DNA of 64,000 nucleotides. Origin: Octopus vulgaris. Taxonomy: Eukaryota. The position numbers and the translations under genes were made by a program. A model generated the notes under the pieces. That model was not told the DNA's origin. It saw only the letters and a list, made by a program, of their open reading frames with translations, and did not search any database. The DNA lies in the NCBI GenBank assembly GCA_951406725.2, contig OX597814.1:52204001-52268000 (forward strand), given 5' to 3'. This document shows positions 28,626-41,470 of the stretch, piece after piece (within the stretch, counting starts at the first letter, position 1; each line of letters begins with the position of its first letter).

Positions 28626-28759
28626 TTCTTTCCTGGTGCTATTTTTTTTACCTGATATTTATTGTGAAGAATTGTTAATCACCACCTCTGTTGTATTTAC
28701 CTACAATTCAAGATCTCTAGAAAGAAGCCATCAAATGGAACGGAAAGCAGTAAAGCAAA

Positions 28760-30200
28760 AGGAACAGAAAAGATATAAAACTTCATGCTTTTAAAACAGT
28801 TTGAAAGATAATTTTCAGAAAAAGAAAGCAAAATTGCTAATATTGCTAATGGAGTCTTCGACTTGGCCTGAGCATGGACTCAAACTCAAATGAAATGAAA
28901 TGAACAGCCTTTGCTGACTAGTAAATTCTGGTTTGAAAGTTTTAAAAAATACTTCAATTTACACACCATAAAAATGACTAGTGGAGCTGCCAGTGCTGAC
29001 ACAGAGGCTGCAATAAATCCTGAGAAACTGAAGAAAATTATTGCTAGAGGGAGCTATGTACAAGACCAAGTATACAATGTTGATGGAACTGCACTTTTCT
29101 TACAGCACAAACCTACAAGAACTTATTTCTCAAAAAGAAAAAGCAACACCAGGATTTGAAGCTTCCAAAAATCGTCTGGTGCATTTTCATAGATGAAATG
29201 TCACTGATGATATGAAACTAAAGCCCCTGTTCATATATCACTTTGAAAATCCAATGGCTTTTTAAGTTTAATCTACCTCTGATCTAGCATTCAAAAAAGA
29301 AGTCATGGATGACCAAGATCCTTTTTGAAGAGAGGTTTACAAACATTTTCTGTTATGCTTATAGAAAGATACAGTGCCAAACATAATATTTCTAACAAAG
29401 ACTTGTTCCTTTCAGATAATGCACCAAGCAACCCAACGAACTTTTATAATATAAAATATCCCCAAAAATACAACTTTGTTTCAGTGAACAGATCAAGGTG
29501 TAATAGCTAACTTAAAGGCATATTATCTGAGAACTTTCAAACTTATGAAGCATTTGACAGAAAGGATAATAAACCTACAGTTAAACACTTCGGGGTAAAG
29601 ATGCTTTGAAAACATATGGCTAGACAGTATTTGTGACTTTACAAGTTTTCCACAAACAGAGATTTACATCAAATTCAGAAAGACATTGTCATCATTGTTT
29701 AGCATCCGCTTTCCATGCCGGCATGGGTTGGACGGTTCAACTAGGGTCTGGGAAGCCAGAAGGCTGCACCAGGCCCAGTCTGATCTGGCAATGTTTCTAC
29801 GGCTAGATGCCCTTCCTAACGCCAACCACTCCATGAGTGTAGTGGGTGCTTTTTACGTGCCACCGGCACAGGTGCCAGACAAGGCTGGCAAACAGCCACA
29901 ATCGGATGGTGCTTTGGTTTAAAAGAATCATAAAGGATGATGTGGTTGAGTTGCTTGCCTCCCACAAAGAAAGTTTAACTAACAAGGAGCTGATGCAGTT
30001 AGAACAAGCTGAGAATACAGAAATATCGCCAATTTCTATTTCAATTGTCTGCAAACAATATTGCTAAAGTGTTAGCACTTAGGTCAGCACATTTTAGCTG
30101 ATAACAACACTAATCATGTATGAAACATTAAAATTACAAGGAGTTTACCATGAGCTCAGTTCATACACTGAACAGTACACTAAACATCAAACAACTCTAG
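28760..30200 (+). mobile_element. Tigger/pogo (DDE_1) transposase relic, interrupted by family B at 29686-29919
   Basis: Fragments SKFWFESFKKYFNLH..GAASADTEAA, QVYNVDGTALF..KPTRTY, GFEASKNRL, KLKPLFIYH, KSWMT, SDNAPSNP, DQGVIANLKAYYLR and DDVVELLASHKESLTNKEL. Confidence 0.85.
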
Positions 30201-30519
30201 ATAATCTTCACCTCTCAAGCAGATGATGAAGACAGTATCTCAAACTTCCACCTCCACCACCACCTTCATATTACTGTCTAATTTTTGTGTAAGAACGTAC
30301 TCTATTAAAATATTGCAATTCTTACTTATTCCCCAACATATTTCTCTTCGAACATTTTTATGAATAGATACACTGTATGTGCTTAAAAATGTTATACTCA
30401 TGCATAAAAGTGTTTACATGGTCATTGCTTCTTTTTGCTTCCCTTCATGTGTTGGGATTTTTGAGTCAGAGCAAGCTCATCAGGAACACACTTCTGTAAT
30501 GCAAAGATTTCTGCATAGA

Positions 30520-30558
30520 GATAAATATACATTTGTATACATACACAGTTATGTGTAC

Positions 30559-30598
<40 letters not shown>

Positions 30599-30770
30599 AA
30601 TAAATATATACAAAGATATATAAGCAAATACATACAGAATCATACATCTACATATATATTTACATAAATACAATTTACATACATTTATATACATACACAA
30701 ACATATACATACGTTATAGACATTCACACATCTATACACAAACATACACACACATATATATATCCAGAAA
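30520..30770. repeat. Degenerate TA/CA low-complexity tract
   Basis: Alternating purine-pyrimidine simple sequence. Confidence 0.9.
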
Positions 30771-32004
30771 CACATGCTGGTCCACATAGATTTACAAATG
30801 CAATACTTGAAAACAGCACTGTATCCTGGACTCACTGGATGTTTTAGTTCTTACACATGACACTTATTCAGGCAACCTGATCTTGATGATAAAGTCTAGG
30901 CATGTTCCCATGCAGCATTCTACAGACCTCACAGGTCAGGTAGGTGGGTGTTTTGTCCACTTTCATATTAACTATAGTGATAATAATAATGGTGTGACCA
31001 GAGCTAAAGTACCAAAATTTTCACAGAATCAACGCATTTCAATCTCTCTCTATTGAGCTGGAAATTGTCCTGTGACGAGAATGGCCAGTGCTCAAGACAA
31101 TGACACCCACCATACCATATATTTATTCATTTGTTTATTCAAGGATGGTCTGTTCTGCCCAATTTAACAGCCAATCTCTCTCTCATGGATGCCACAAGTA
31201 AAAATAAAGAAAAAACACTCTGGGATCAATATGTCCAACTAAAATTTCTTCAAGGCGGTGCCCCAGCATGGCCACAATCTAATGACTGAAACAAGTAAAA
31301 TGTGAAAAGAAAGATAAAAGAAAATTATAAGAGTGGATGTTTTGTCCACTTCCACCAGCAGAGCAGAACTCTAAAGAAATGGTGCCTTATTTTTTTATCT
31401 GTCTGTCTGTCTCTTTAAAAGAACACATGCACACATACATGCATATTCATTCATGTTTGAGATATACTTATTTTTCTAACTTCTCCATTCAGATATAAAT
31501 ATACAAATTTCTTTCACATAAGCAGAGACAATCTGACAGTGAAGCCATACGCACACAGACAAATTCACAGCAAAATGAAAATCGACACACCAACAAAAAG
31601 ACAACCACACAACACCTTGCCCTGCATTCCTGTAATTTAGCATTGGAATTTCAGCAAAAGCACTGACACCATTCAGCATCTGTAAATTCATTTCACTACA
31701 ACTTACTGATATTCAGACATCATTTCTACTTTCATTTCACTACAATTTACTGATATTCCTTATCAAAAGCATTTCTCATTCCCTTAAGCTATTCTTCTAT
31801 ACCTATTTTCCTTGCATTACTGTAACAGAATTCGAATTTCATTTCACTATTACTGATATTTATTATCAAAATAATGTCTCATACAAAAAGACTGTCACAG
31901 AACGAACACCAAACAAATGCATAACGTGCAGATAGTCTTGTAAAGATTGGTAGAAAAGGAATAGCAAAGAGAAATACCATCTCACAAGAGAAGCTGAGAG
32001 TAAA

Positions 32005-32463
32005 AAGTTAGCCAATGTTCTAAGGCATAAAGATCAGAGACATGAGGGGTTCCAGATTGCAAGGGCATGTCTAAGAGAAAAAAGACATCGGAGGAAAGTG
32101 TGTACGGAGTGATAACAGCACCCGTGGTCTTTTAGATAATGAAAGTAAAGAGGTATATAGAAGTACTATTTCAAGAGGTTACTGAATGAGAATTCATGGG
32201 AGAGTCTATCCCAAGTAGACCCAACAGTCACATTGACAGCAGTATTGTGGATAAAGTGATAAGGATATAAAGGCAAGAAAGATACCTGGTTCATCCAGAA
32301 TCACCACTAAAATACTTAAAATATCCGGCAGTGTGGGATATAGGCTAGTCATCTATATAGTTAACCAAGTAGTTGAGGAGGTGTCATAACCAATAATTGG
32401 TGTAGCAGTATCAATTTCAACTACTACTAAGGCAAAAATGACACACTAGAACAAGAAAATTAC
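32005..32463 (+). mobile_element. RTE LINE fragment (region upstream of RT)
   Basis: Colinear with 47620-48160 (gccaatgttct.., gaatcacc.c..a.at.ct.aaaatatc.ggc, aat.a.tggtgtagcag). Confidence 0.7.
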
Positions 32464-33262
32464 ATCATCAGCAGCATGCATTCATTGTCCATGCTGGTAT
32501 GGATTGGACGGATTGACTAGGGCTGGCAAGCTGGAAGGCTGCACCAGACTCCAACCTGATTTGGCATGGTTTCTACAGTTGGATGCCCTTCCTAATGCTG
32601 ACCACTCCAAGAGTGTAATGGGCACTTTTACATGCCACCAGCATGAATGCCATTTGCGTGACACTGGTATCTATCACAGCTACGATTTTACTTGGCTTGA
32701 TGGGTAGTATTCTCAAATATGACATAATGCTAAAGGTTTCGGTCATTGCCTCTGCGAAGCCCAACACTCAAAAGGAGCTCAGCCATTTTGCCTCCATGAG
32801 GCCCAATGCTCGAAAGCTGCTTTCTAAATACTACCATGGGTGCCAGTATTAGCCACGACTATGATTTTACTTGGGTTCATGGGTCTCTCAAGCACAGCAT
32901 ATCGCCAAAGGTCTCAGTCATTAGTCATTACCTCTGTGAGGCTCAAAGTTCAAAGATCATGCTTCACCAACTCATCCCATGTCTTCCTGGGCCTACTGCC
33001 ACCACAGGTTCCCTCCAGTTAGAGATCGGCACTTCTTTACAAAGCTGTCCTCATCCATCAACACATGACCATACCAGTGCAGTCGTCTCTTGCACACCAC
33101 ACCTGATCCCTCATGTCTAACTTTTCTTGCAAGATGCTTACACTCTGTCGAACATGCACACTGATATTGCACATCCAGCAAGGCATACTAGCTTCATTTG
33201 TTTCAAACTTACGCATGTCCTTGGCTGGCACAGCCCATGTTTTCCTGCTGTGTAGCATAGCT
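32464..33262 (-). mobile_element. RTE LINE 3' end with family-B tail
   Basis: KTWAVPAKDMRKFETNEASM..WMCNISVH, RRLHWYGHV, followed by the family-B tail. Confidence 0.85.
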
Positions 33263-33274
33263 TATATATATATA

Positions 33275-33313
<39 letters not shown>

Positions 33314-33316
<3 letters not shown>

Positions 33317-33604
33317 ATCACGTGACCGACCAGTCCATCAGATGTAGTTACACATTGCTGGTCACAATGCGTTTGCATTGTTTTAGCCTTTGAAATGATG
33401 CCACCCCGCTGGCTAAGTGAGCAGGCCAACAGAAGAAAGAGTGGTGAAAGAGTACAGCAGGGATCACCACCCCCTGCCGGAGCCTCGTGGAGCTTTTAGG
33501 TATTTTCGCTCAATAAACACTCACAACGCCCGGTCTGGGAATCGAAACCGCGATCCTACGACCGCGAGTCCGCTGCCCTAACCACTAGGCCATTGCGCCT
33601 CCAC
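33314..33604 (-). mobile_element. tRNA-derived SINE family C (young)
   Basis: Head GGAGGCGCAATGGCCTAGTGGTTAGGGCAGCGGACTCGCGGTCGTAGGATCGCGGTTTCGATTCCC with Pol III A and B boxes, then a non-tRNA body. CpG-rich and inserted in (TA)n. Confidence 0.85.
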
Positions 33605-33623
33605 ATATATATATATCTGTGTA

Positions 33624-33661
33624 TCTTTCTGTTGAAGAGTGTAGGCTCGAAACGTAAAAGA
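33624..33661 (+). ncRNA. Minimal type-I hammerhead-ribozyme-like motif (variant core) in a Penelope-type terminal repeat spanning 33617-33760
   Basis: Stem I TCTTT/AAAGA, core CTGTTGA, stem II GAGT-GTAG-GCTC, GAAA, palindromic ACGT and GUA triplet. Confidence 0.55.
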
Positions 33662-33758
33662 CTTGTTTTATTTCTATTCCTGAGCACCATACTAATACAA
33701 TTGTTTGTTTGTACTCCACCTGCCTTCATCTTTTGTTTATTTTCATAAAGCTTCTCGT

Positions 33759-33759
<1 letters not shown>

Positions 33760-33855
<96 letters not shown>

Positions 33856-36065
33856 ACAGAGATATATACACCCATGTATACAGAGATATATACACCAAAG
33901 TATATGTAGTTATATACACATGTATACTTACATGTATGCACATGCACCTGTATACGTACATGAACACATGTATATGTACGTGTATACATAGACACATGCA
34001 TGTATCTGTATACATAGACACATACATATGTATGCATGCAAACGTACATACACATGCATGCATGCAAACGTACATACACATGCATGCATGCAAACGTACA
34101 TACATATGCATGCACACATACATATGTACGAATACAAGCATACATATGTATGTATGCATGCACACACATGTACGCATGCATGCATACACGCACACACATG
34201 TATGCATACACAAGTAAACACGTACACGTAAACACACACGTACACATTTGTATATACATACATATATACACATGTATATAGAAACATACGTAGACATACA
34301 TATGTATATACATATAGACATACATTTGTATATACATACATATATACACATTTGTATATATATACATATCATCAATGATGATGATATATACATACACATG
34401 TGCATACATACGTGTGTATATATACATACAGTTGTATATAAACGTACGTATAGACACATACATTTGTATAGACACATAGGAATATACACATACACAAACA
34501 TGTACACACGTACACGCGCAAGAGCAGACACATACACGCACATACATATACACATATATTTGCATATACGCACATACATACATTCATATGCACACACACA
34601 AGCATACATATACATGCATACATAAATACACACATATATATGTACACACACGCACGTACACACATACATACGTACGTACACACATGTACTTACATATGTA
34701 TACACATATATACATGCATATACTCATATACATTCATATGCACACACACATATATACATTCACATGCACACACACATACATGCATACATAAATACACATA
34801 TGTATATATACATATACACATACACACATACATAAACACATGTACACACACGTACATACACACACATACATACATACGTACATGCACACACATACACGTA
34901 TACACACGCACATACATTCACACATACCCGTACATACATATATACACGAACGTACTTACATACATGCATACACATACGAGCATACATACATGCATGCATA
35001 CACGTACGTGCATACATACATGTATACACGTACATACATACACACACGTACATACATACATACACGTATACACGTACATACATGTATACACGTACATACA
35101 TGTATACACGTATACACGTACATACATACATACACGTATACACGTACATACATACATACACGTATACACGTACATACATGTATACACGTACATACATGTA
35201 TACACGTACATACGTACATACATGTATACACGTACATACATGTATACACGTACATACATACATACAAGTATACACGTACATACATACATACATGTATACA
35301 CGTACATACATACATACACGTACATACATACATACATACACGTACATACATACATACATACATACACGTATACACGTACATACATACACGTATACACGTA
35401 CATACATACATACACGTATACACGTACATACATACACATATACACGTACATACACGTACATACATACACACATACACACATACACACACACATACACGTA
35501 CATACATACACACATACACGTACATACACACATACACGTACATACATACATACACGTACATACATACATACATACACGTATACACGTACATACATACATA
35601 CACGTATACATGTACCCACATACATACATGTATACACATACATACACGTATACACGTATCCACATACATACACGTATACACGTACCCACATACATACACG
35701 TATACACGTACCCACATACATACACGTATACACGTACCCACATACATACACGTATACACGTACCCACATACATACACGTATACACGTACCCACATACATA
35801 CACGTATACACGTACCCACATACATACACGTATACACGTACCCACATACATACACATACACGTACCCACATACATACACATACACGTACCCACATACATA
35901 CACATATACACGTACCCACATACATACACGTATACACGTACCCACATACATACACGTATACACGTACCCACATACATACACGTATACACGTACCCACATA
36001 CATACATGTATACACGTACCCACATACATCCATGCACACGTATATAATATATACACATATATACA
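33760..36065. repeat. 2.3-kb alternating purine/pyrimidine simple repeat grading into a 26-bp minisatellite
   Basis: (TA)n/(CA)n/(CATA)n mosaic; from about 35660 to 36020 the unit is cacgtatacacgtacccacatacata. Confidence 0.95.
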
Positions 36066-36560
36066 TCAGATTGGAACCTGTTGCAGCCTTCTTTGCTTGC
36101 CAGCCCTCAGTGAAGCCTTCCAACCCATGCCAGCATGGATAGCGGACATTATACAACAATGACGATGAGACATTATATATATATATGTCTCATCCATGCT
36201 GGCATGGGTTGGAAGGCTTCACTGGGGGCTGGCAAGCAAAGAAGGCTGCAACAGGTTCCAATCTGATGTATACATGTGTATATATGTATGTATTAAATAC
36301 GTGTGCATGGATGCATGTGTATACATGTATGTGGGTACGTGTATACATGAATGTATGTATGTATGTATGTGTATACATGTATGTATGTACGTGTATAAAT
36401 GTATGTATGTACGTGTATACATGTATGTGTATGTATACATGTATGTGTATGTATACATGTATGTATGTACGTATATAAATGTATGTATGTATGTACGTGT
36501 ATACATGTATGTATGTATGTACGTGTATACATGTATGTATGTATGTATGTATGTACGTAC
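36000..36560. repeat. Inverted duplication (fold-back) centred near 36165
   Basis: 36062-36140 is the reverse complement of 36192-36270 with about one mismatch; the similarity continues into the flanking simple repeats. Confidence 0.92.
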
Positions 36561-36809
36561 GTAAGTCGTAAGACACCTGCTGTTATCCTGTTATTAACCA
36601 TTCTTGTTTTTATTTTTGTTTTTTGTATTTATATTCATCTCTGTTGCGTTTACATACGTTCCTTTTTCCAAGAGATCTAATGCTCACAGCTTAGTTTTTT
36701 CTTGGGGCTGTAAAAGCTCTAAGAGTTCATTCGATCAGTTACCTGTATTTTATTGCCAACTTAGCAACATACACATGGAAGGATGCATCATTACTCATGT
36801 AAATGCCCA

Positions 36810-38950
36810 AGTCTCACACTGACTGTGTCTCTGGGATTGCTATCCCTCCAGGTCCAGTGTATTTAATTGGTATTGCATTTAGTTTTGCATGCTGATAGCA
36901 CAAGGCTTGAAACTTTTCAGCATTAAACTGCATGCTATTCTTCTCGGCCCACTTGTATATTTCATTCAACTCACATTGCAGGAGCATAATATCTTCAGGG
37001 TTCTGTATCGCCTGTGAGACTTTTGCATCATCTGCATAACTTGTGATCATGGCTCTCTGTGTGACTGAAGGCATATCTGAGAGAACCATTATGAACAGTA
37101 GTGATCCTAAAACAGTGCCTTTCCCAACTATGCCAAGATCACACAGTTTGTGACATATCATTCCATGATCAACTTTATCAAAGGCCTTTGCAAAGTCAAG
37201 ATATATCACTTCCACATTTGAGTGGTTGAGCAGCTGTTTCAACATCCAGAATCAGTGTTGTGAGAGCTGAGTCAGGCAGCTTCTTCCTGGTTGGAAACCA
37301 TGTTGGGTGTCACAGCAAGTCATTTTCCTCAAAGAAGGTGATTAGTTTTCTTCTGACTATTCATTCCATGACTTTGCTGATGTGCGAGGTCAGAGAGTAG
37401 GTCTGTAGTTTTTGACCTCTGCTCTGCTACCTCCTTTATGAATAAAGCATATTTTACCCTCCTTCATCTCTGAAAGAGGGATTGCAGTGGTCTTACTAGG
37501 ACACGCTTACATGCTGTTAGAAGGATTGCTGGAAATCCATCAGGGCCAGTAGCTGAGTTCAGGTTCATTTCATCTATAGCCCTTATTACATTGTCTACTT
37601 TTTTATTGATGTAATCAATCATCACTGCTTCTGATTTTATATCTGCAGTGGTAAAAAAAAAGTCAGCTGGATTGCTGACTTGTAAGTGTTCTAGGGGTGG
37701 AGTGAAAACACTTTTGAATTGCTCGTTTAGTATTTCATTTATCCTCATCGGGTTTCCTGTGAGTGAACCATCTTTTTCGAGGAGTGGCCCTACTCTGCAG
37801 TGCACTGAAGTTGTTTTTGTGGCAAACTTGTAGAAGGCTTTGGGGGTTAGATTTTATATTGTCTATAGTTCAGGTTTCTTTGTCTGCTCTTTCTTTTTCA
37901 TGGGAGGTTTGCAGATTCTTTTCAATCTCCAGCAGTTGTATTTTCAGTCTGGATTTTTCACTGCTTTCAATTTGCTTGTTTAGGCGATTTGAAACTTGAG
38001 TATGCCATCTCATAAGAATTTTCCTCTCCCTGGGGATTTTGTTCTTGTGTACAGTGGCCGTTCTCTCCAGGACACATTTGTAGCATATGGCTTGCATTAC
38101 AAACATGAATTGTTGAAGTTTCATGTTGATGCCTGATGAGGAGAGACATTTAGGCCACTTTTGTTTGAGGATCTCTTTCTCAATTTGTTTCCAGTTTGCC
38201 TAACGGAAGTTCAAGCTGGAAAGATTCTGAAAGTTTCTTGTAGGCTGCATGTCCATGGTTTTCTTTGGTCCATACATGGTCAGCTCTACCATGTTGTGAT
38301 CTGAGAGTAGCGTAAGTGTCACTTTCATATTATGGATGAAATCCATATTATTTGTGAAGCAGAGATCCAGTATATTACCTGCCCTAGTTGGTTGGAGTAC
38401 TATTTGTTCCATGTACAAAGTGTTGAGGTTCAGAATGGACTTCACCTGTGCTTGTTCGCATTGTGCCATTCCTGGGAGAGAAAGCCCTCAGGACATCTGA
38501 CAGTGGGCAGATTGAAGTCACCCATAAGAAGTACACTTATGTGGTGTTCTAATGTAACTAGAACTTCTTTTTATGTAAGGCGGTCTTCAAACTTGTCTAC
38601 ATGATTCGGAGCATCTGGAGGGCAATATGTAGTACATATAACTATTTCAAGTTGTCTTATATGTACATTTAGTGTGTTACATACTGAATCTGTGACAAAA
38701 GGACCTGGGATGTGAGGTCTTCACAGATGTCGATAGCAACTCCACCATGACTCCTTTCTTTTCTGTCAGTCCATAATACAACATACTATGGTATATGTAT
38801 TTCTGCATTTGCTATATCTGGTTTCAGATGTGTTTCCATAAGTCTTATGCATATGGCTTGATTGCATGCAACAAGGTCTCTCAGGAAAGGAATTTTTGTC
38901 CTGTTACAAAGTGTTAACAGTCCTCTGATGTTTAGTAAGATCACCAATGT
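36810..38950 (-). mobile_element. CR1-clade LINE ORF2 relic (APE + RT)
   Basis: LLNIRGL, ETHLKPDI, GDFNLP, PTRAGNILDLCFTN, LSDHN, SATGPDGFPAILL, VIYLDFAKAFDKVDH, GTVLGSLLF and YADD, with multiple frameshifts. Confidence 0.92.
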
Positions 38951-39172
38951 GATGTCTATGTTGTTGCCAGTGGTGTCCACTTTGGGTCCATTTACTATGG
39001 TGGTGTTGTGTATTGGGGATAGACCCATGTGAAATATGTATATAGATATGTCAGTTGGGTGTGAAGCTTGGGTATTTCCAGAGAAATGCTCAACCCAAAT
39101 ACTGAGTTATCAACACTGCCTGGATCCAAACTAAGGCCAGAATACTTTTGGTGTAGAATTTGTGATCAAATT

Positions 39173-40050
39173 CATCATCATCATCATTTAGCGTCCGCTT
39201 TCTATGCTAGCATGGGTTGGGCGATTTTGACTGAGGGCTGGCGAGCCAGATGGCTGCACCAGGCTCCAATCTTGATCTGGCAGAGTTTCTACAGCTGGAT
39301 GCCCTTCCTAACGCCAACCACTCCAAGAGTGTAGTGGGTGCTTTTTACATGCCACCGGCACAGGTGCCAGTGAATCGACGTTGGTAACAATCATGCTCGA
39401 ATGGTGCCCTTTTACATGCCACGGGTACGGAAGCCAGTTGGCTGCTGCAGCAACAATCACGCTCGGATGGTGCTCTTGGCACCCTACTAGCACGGGCACA
39501 AGTGCCAGTAAGGCGACACTGGTAACGATCATACTCGAATAGTCGCTCTGTCAACGATCACACTCGTATGGTGCTCTTTGCACCCCACTAGCACAGATGT
39601 CAGTCATCGAATTGATTTTGATTTCATTTGCCTCAACAGGTCTTTGCAAACAGAGTTTAGTGACCAAAGAAGGAAAAGGTATGCATAAGCGGGCTGGTTA
39701 CGCTCCTGGCATAGGTCACAGGTTATGGTCTCATTTGGCTTGCCGGGTCTTTTCAAGCACAGCATATTTCCAAAAGTCTCGGTCGCTAGTCATTTCCTTG
39801 GTGAGGCCTAATGTTTGAAGGTCGTGCTTCACCACTTCATCCCAGGTCTTCTTGGGTCTACCTCTTCCACAGGTTCCCTCAACCACTAGGATGTGGCACT
39901 TTTTCCCGCAGCTATCCTTGTCCATTCTTGCCACATGACCATACCAGCGCAGTCGTCTCTCTTGCACACCACATCTAATGCTTCTTAGGTCCAACTTTTC
40001 TCTCAAGGTACTTACACTCTGTCGAGTATGCACACTGACATTACACATCC
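39173..40050 (-). mobile_element. RTE LINE 3' end with family-B tail
   Basis: WMCNVSVH..LREKLDLRSI..VQERRLRWYGHVARM..GRGRPKKTW, a 3'UTR with tandem units, and (GAT)n. Confidence 0.9.
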
Positions 40051-40099
40051 AAATACAGAATATATACATATACGCACATACATATACATACATGTGTAT

Positions 40100-40350
40100 A
40101 TACCAGGCATGTAAAAAACACCATTTGAGCATGGTCATTGCCAGTGCCGCCTGACTGGCTTCCATGCTAGTGGCACATAAAAAGCACCCACTACACCCTC
40201 AGAGTGGTTGGCGTTAGGAAGGGCATCCAGCTGTAGAAACTTTGCCAGATCAGATTGGAGCCTGGTGCAGCCTTCTGGCTTGCCAACCTTCAGTCAGACC
40301 GTCCAACCCATGCCAGCATGGAAAGCAGACGTTAAACGATGATAATGATA
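40100..40350 (+). mobile_element. Repeat family B copy, inverted relative to 39173-39370
   Basis: GTTGGCGTTAGGAAGGGCATCCAGCTGTAGAAAC...CAACCCATGCCAGCATGGAAAGCAGACGTTAAACGATGAT. Confidence 0.85.
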
Positions 40351-41109
40351 TACAAATATGTATTCATAAACATACATGCAGAAACGTGTATATACATACA
40401 TATGCACACATATATATTACACATCCATCCATGAGGTCAGCTCAATTTTGCTCCAACACTTTCTTAGTGTACTAGTTTTGATAACATTTCTACCATGGAC
40501 CCTTAGATGACAACCTGGTTACTTTGTGATAAATGTAGCAAATAATTTTGTTTATTAAATCACGAACATCAACAGCAGTTCTAGCCTTATACACTCATCC
40601 AAAATAGGCCTTTGGCCCAGCAGTATCTTAACACATTTTTGGACATAAATGATTACAGTATAATGACTAAGCTGTTGGAGCTTTATACATGCTGGTCTCC
40701 CTTCCATTTACAGATGACAAGGTCTACTGTTGAAAGAGTGATGTGCATATACAAACTGCATAATCAAGACTATCTCTGATCCCTGTACTATGCAGAGCTT
40801 TAACATCCTGCAGTTTTCAGTGTTTACATTACACTATTTGAAGGACACTTTAAAAATTTCTCAAACTGTGGGATATTGTTTTTACTTATAGATCACCATT
40901 CACTTATATTCAGTACAAGATGCTCTCAATGAGGAGTGCTTTTTTTTCTGTGACATCATAAAATTTTTCTTTGGTTTGTCTTGGGGATGCTTACTGAGAA
41001 CATATTTTCTATATAGTAATTGCTTGCAAGCCTGAAATCATCAAGATGGACATGGCCAACCCATCAAATATTGCAACTGCCTTTTTTCAGCATCTCTCCC
41101 AGTTATTAA

Positions 41110-41470
41110 AGATATACATTAGATTCAGAATTCATCAAAGGCTGAGGTTATGTCTCATGCCCCCCTACACACACAATTCAGGCTTACAACATAAAAATAC
41201 ACTGCAACATAATTTCTTTTCCTCAACAGGCGTTGATCTATTTAACATTATCCCAAAACAAATCAAAGACGCAAAGGATCCTATCACCTTCAAACCAAAC
41301 CTGGACAAATTTCTTCAAGAGATACCTATACCTGGAAACATCCCAGTCAAGAAGTTCCCACTTGAATGGGCCATGATACCACAAAACTTTACCAAAAAAT
41401 GACTCAACAGATCTTGTCAGGCAGTGCTATCAAGTTAGACCATGGCCTAAGCCAATTTTTGGCCGGACAT
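41110..41470 (+). mobile_element. CR1-clade LINE 3' fragment (same family as 62555-63843)
   Basis: HNFFSSTGVDLFNIIPKQI..DPITFKPNLDKFLQEIP; tail gg.gtgctat.aa.ttagac.atggcc. Confidence 0.75.

Noticed and set aside
32005-33262. Twin-priming inversion of a single LINE
   Set aside because: The pieces meet tail-to-tail, which is better explained by two insertions.
33530-33604. tRNA gene
   Set aside because: It has A and B boxes but no convincing acceptor stem, and it continues into a SINE body, so it is treated as a SINE head.
33705-36680. Many long ORFs (up to 500 aa) rich in H/T/Y/I or C/V/M/Y
   Set aside because: They are translations of stop-free alternating purine/pyrimidine repeats, open in nearly all frames, and are not genes.
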